64,000 nt of DNA, taken from assembly GCA_040767805.1 (NCBI GenBank), contig JAXGNU010000001.1, forward strand, positions 128,001 to 192,000. Direction: 5' to 3'. This stretch comes from Thermovirgaceae bacterium (GTDB taxonomy: Bacteria > Synergistota > Synergistia > Synergistales > Thermovirgaceae). Below the pieces are notes generated by a model that worked only from the letters and a program-made list of their open reading frames with translations, made no database searches and was not told the DNA's origin. Shown here in pieces: positions 61,275-64,000 of the stretch. Positions within the stretch are counted from its first letter, which is position 1. Every line of letters starts with the position of its first letter. The translations under genes were made by a program, and so were the position numbers.

Positions 61275-61661
61275 TCAATCCTGTATCACGAAACCGCACT
61301 CGGGACACTGGAGGGCCCCGTCCTCCGCCCGCGCCTCGGGCTTGAAGAAGAAGACGTGGCCGCACTCGGGGCACTCCAGGGAGTCGAAGGCCCCTCCCGG
61401 CTCGTCCTCGAGCAGGTCGTCCACGTCCTCCAGGTCGCCCTCGAGCCGGTCCATGTCCTCTTCCAGCTGCTCGCAGTACTCCGAGAGGTCCTCGATGGTC
61501 TCCCGGTGCTCCTCCAGGATCTCCTCGTGGTCGTCTATCTCGTCGGCCAGGGCGTGGAGCGCCTCGACGACGGCGAAGTAGATCTTTCTCTCGGGGTCGC
61601 CCTTGGGGTCAAGCCCCTCCAGGAGGCCTTCCAGGAACGCGATCTTCTCCCTTGCACCCAT
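61275..61661 (-). CDS. CD1247-like acidic coiled-coil protein with a C-terminal zinc ribbon
   Basis: EKIAFLEGLLEGL N-terminus, acidic coiled coil, CPECG...CPECG; directly downstream of efp as in Clostridia. Confidence 0.75.
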   Translation of the reverse strand: MGAREKIAFLEGLLEGLDPKGDPERKIYFAVVEALHALADEIDDHEEILEEHRETIEDLSEYCEQLEEDMDRLEGDLEDVDDLLEDEPGGAFDSLECPECGHVFFFKPEARAEDGALQCPECGFVIQD

Positions 61662-61683
61662 AACCATCAACCCCCTCGCGGTT

Positions 61684-62256
61684 TTAACGTTTGGCCCTTT
61701 CGAGGTATTCGCCCGTCCGGGTATCCACCACGATGATCTCGCCCGTCTCGATGAACATGGGGACCGTTAGGGTGAGCCCCGTCTCCAGGGTCGCCGGCTT
61801 GCCGCCGCCCGAGACAGTGTCCCCCTTGTAGCCCGGCGAGGTCTCCACGACCTTCAGTTCCACGCTGTTGGGGAGTTCCACCCCCATGATCTTCCCCTCG
61901 AAGACCTCCAGCCCCACCTCGAGGTTGTCCGTCAGGAAGCCGGCCGCCGGGCCGAGGCTGTCCTTGTGGATGTAGATCTGGTCGTAGTTCTCCATGTCCA
62001 TGAAGACGTAGTTCTCCCCGTCCTGGTAGAGGAACTGGGCCGCCTTGTCGTCGAAGATGACCCTCTCCAGTCTCTCGCCGGACCGGAAGGAATTCTCCAC
62101 AATGGAGCCGTTGTCGAGGTTGCGGAGCCTGGTCCTGACTATGGCCCCGCCCCGGCCCATCTTGTGGTGCTGGCAGTCGATGATCTCCCAGATGCCCCCC
62201 TGCCAGAGGACCTTCATGCCGGAATGGAAGCTGCTCGTATCCACCACTTGACCCAT
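61684..62256 (-). CDS. efp: Elongation factor P
   Basis: HHKMGRGGAIVR, QFLY, YVFMDMENYDQ, PG.KGDT, KPATLETG, VDTRTGEYLER. Confidence 0.98.
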   Translation of the reverse strand: MGQVVDTSSFHSGMKVLWQGGIWEIIDCQHHKMGRGGAIVRTRLRNLDNGSIVENSFRSGERLERVIFDDKAAQFLYQDGENYVFMDMENYDQIYIHKDSLGPAAGFLTDNLEVGLEVFEGKIMGVELPNSVELKVVETSPGYKGDTVSGGGKPATLETGLTLTVPMFIETGEIIVVDTRTGEYLERAKR

Positions 62257-62372
62257 GAAGCGGACCCTCCTGCCGACGAAAAAAGGATAGGCTTTCGCGA
62301 CGGCGCGGGCCGCGCCGTCCCGCCTAGTTTAACCTCTAGGGGACCAGGTTTCCAGCCCCCCGGCGGGCTGAC

Positions 62373-64000
62373 CTAGTTCAGCCTGACATCGCTGCCCTGG
62401 ATCAGGGTCTCGGGGACGTCCAGGATGTAGGGGACCACCACCATGATGACCTCCGACTTGGAGACATTGGTGCTCCTCCCCTTGAAGAGTTCGCCCAGCA
62501 GGGGGATCTCGGAGATCACCGGCACCTTCCAGACGTTGTGGGTCTTGCTCTCGTGGAAAAGACCGCCCACGACGAAGGGCTCGCCGTCCCTGACCCTGAC
62601 GATGGTCTGTACCTCGCGGGTGCTCGACTCCGGTATGTACCCCCTCAGCAGGGAGTCGTAGGTGAGCTTGGCGTCGCCGGTCTTGACGTTCATCTCTATG
62701 GTGACTATATCGGAACGGCCCACGGTGGGGGTGAACTCCAGGGCCGGGCCCGACTCGACCTCGCCGTAGGTGGGCCTGCCCTGGTCGTCCCGCTCGGAAA
62801 CGTACTTGATATCGGTGAGGAGTTTTATGGAGGCCTTCTGGCCGTCGAGGGTGACCACCGACGGGCTGGCGAGCATCTTGGCCTTTTCATCCTTCACCAG
62901 CACCTGCAGCCCGGCGTCGAAGAACCCCAGGGCGCTGCCGGCCATGTCGGGGAAGGTGATGCTCTCCGGGGGGTTGACCTCCCGGGCGGTCCGGGCCGGG
63001 TCGTAGACGCCGGTCTTGTCGACGTCGTCATAGTAGCCCAGGGTCCCGCCGGAACTGGAGAAGGAGGCGTACCACCTCTCGTAGACGGCGTTCACCAGGG
63101 TCTTCACCTCGTCTGAGCCCGTATCGGAGACCTCCACGATCCTGGCCTGGAGCATGACCTGCCTCCCAGGGTGGTCTATCCTCTGGAGGGTGACCGCCAC
63201 GTCCTCCAGCCTCTCCTCGGAGGCGGTGACGTAGACCGTCCGGAGCCGCTCGTCCACGACGACCTCGGTCACGCCGGAAAGCCCCTGGAGGAGGGCCGGG
63301 ATGTGGGCCAGGTCGGCGTAGGAGACCCTGAAGGAGCGGGTCTTCTGCATCCCCATCGTGCGGGAGAGGTTGTCCTTCTTGCCGATGATGATGGTCTTGC
63401 CCATGATGGCGTAGGAGACGTCGTACATCCTCATCAGGTAGGCGAAGGCCTCGTTCATCGGGACCTTGTCCAGGCTCAGCGTGACCGGCATCGACGGGAC
63501 CGAGGGGTCGATGACCACGTTCATCTTCACCATGGTCCCCAGCATCCGGAAGACGTCCCTCAGGTCCGCGTCGCGCAGGTTGAGCGTCACCGGCGAAGAC
63601 GAGGCGAAGGGGTCGCCGGCCGTGACCTTCGGCACCCCCAGTACGGGCAGGGGGATATCCTCAGCCATGGCCTCACCGGTGCTGAGGTGGAGGTGGATCG
63701 TCGGGCTCGGCGGGTCGCCCACGGCCCGGGTCATGAAAAGCCTCCTCGTGGCGAGGACCCTCATCACGACGCCGTCGTCCTCCTGCCTCAACTTCACGCC
63801 TTGCACCAGCGGCGTGGGGAATGACTTCTGCCAGGTCCCCGAGGGGAGGACCGTCCCCTCCCAGAGGAGGGTCAGGGCGTGATCGTCGGTGGCGAGGACC
63901 ATCGGGACGGGCAGGTCCTCACCGGTGACCTGGAAGACCGCCATCGCGGAGCCGCCCTGGGTGAGGGTGAGCCCCAGGATCTTCGGGGGGGACTCTTCAG
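62373..64000 (-). CDS. Secretin (PilQ/GspD-family outer-membrane channel), 5' end beyond the window
   Basis: LNLRDADLRDVF N0-like domain, VDERLRT N3-like domain, QVMLQARIVEV, ASPSVVTLDGQ.A, KVP.ISEIPLLGELFK. The frame stays open to the window edge. Confidence 0.92.
   Translation of the reverse strand, partial: EESPPKILGLTLTQGGSAMAVFQVTGEDLPVPMVLATDDHALTLLWEGTVLPSGTWQKSFPTPLVQGVKLRQEDDGVVMRVLATRRLFMTRAVGDPPSPTIHLHLSTGEAMAEDIPLPVLGVPKVTAGDPFASSSPVTLNLRDADLRDVFRMLGTMVKMNVVIDPSVPSMPVTLSLDKVPMNEAFAYLMRMYDVSYAIMGKTIIIGKKDNLSRTMGMQKTRSFRVSYADLAHIPALLQGLSGVTEVVVDERLRTVYVTASEERLEDVAVTLQRIDHPGRQVMLQARIVEVSDTGSDEVKTLVNAVYERWYASFSSSGGTLGYYDDVDKTGVYDPARTAREVNPPESITFPDMAGSALGFFDAGLQVLVKDEKAKMLASPSVVTLDGQKASIKLLTDIKYVSERDDQGRPTYGEVESGPALEFTPTVGRSDIVTIEMNVKTGDAKLTYDSLLRGYIPESSTREVQTIVRVRDGEPFVVGGLFHESKTHNVWKVPVISEIPLLGELFKGRSTNVSKSEVIMVVVPYILDVPETLIQGSDVRLN

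Noticed and set aside
62299..62319. 9-bp palindrome upstream of efp
   Set aside because: No adjacent U-tract and no second copy seen; function cannot be supported.

Overview
A GC-rich, gene-dense core-genome segment. About 65 CDSs lie on the minus strand and only cysS-gpt on the plus strand. It combines Firmicutes-like gene order, no sporulation genes, an outer-membrane secretin, an archaeal-type A/V-ATPase and tRNA-Sec, which suggests an anaerobic diderm, most likely Synergistota (inference). In transcription order (right to left) it holds: secretin (partial), efp, CD1247-like, asp23, membrane hypothetical, nusB, xseA, mtnA-ahcY-mtaD, alaS, ruvX, mutS-mutL-miaA, ispH-rpsA, def-fmt, an uncharacterised P-loop NTPase plus a four-subunit 2-oxoacid:ferredoxin oxidoreductase, nudF-xerD-punA-pdp, a SigH-like sigma factor, selC, an MppR-like acetoacetate-decarboxylase-family gene and a BMP-type nucleoside ABC transporter. 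cysS-gpt follow on the plus strand, then uvrC-ribD-ribE-ribBA-ribH-serS, a degenerate WecA/TagO::TagA fusion with a CBS protein and the A/V-ATPase operon (H-I-K-E-C-F-A-B-D), ybaB-recR-yacL-ispDF, guaB, and the rimP-nusA-infB-rbfA operon. I saw no mobile element, prophage or CRISPR array. The most notable points are: (1) an apparently catalytically dead phosphoglycosyl-transferase fused to TagA at the head of the ATPase operon; (2) a SAM-byproduct cluster with an HLEAKT-type hydrolase next to a deaminase, a probable S-inosylhomocysteine route; (3) an MppR-like gene just behind tRNA-Sec; (4) a multi-hairpin intergenic element; (5) an Arg-tipped EF-P. All calls rest on motif recognition by eye, with no database searches, and the start codons I adjusted are best estimates.
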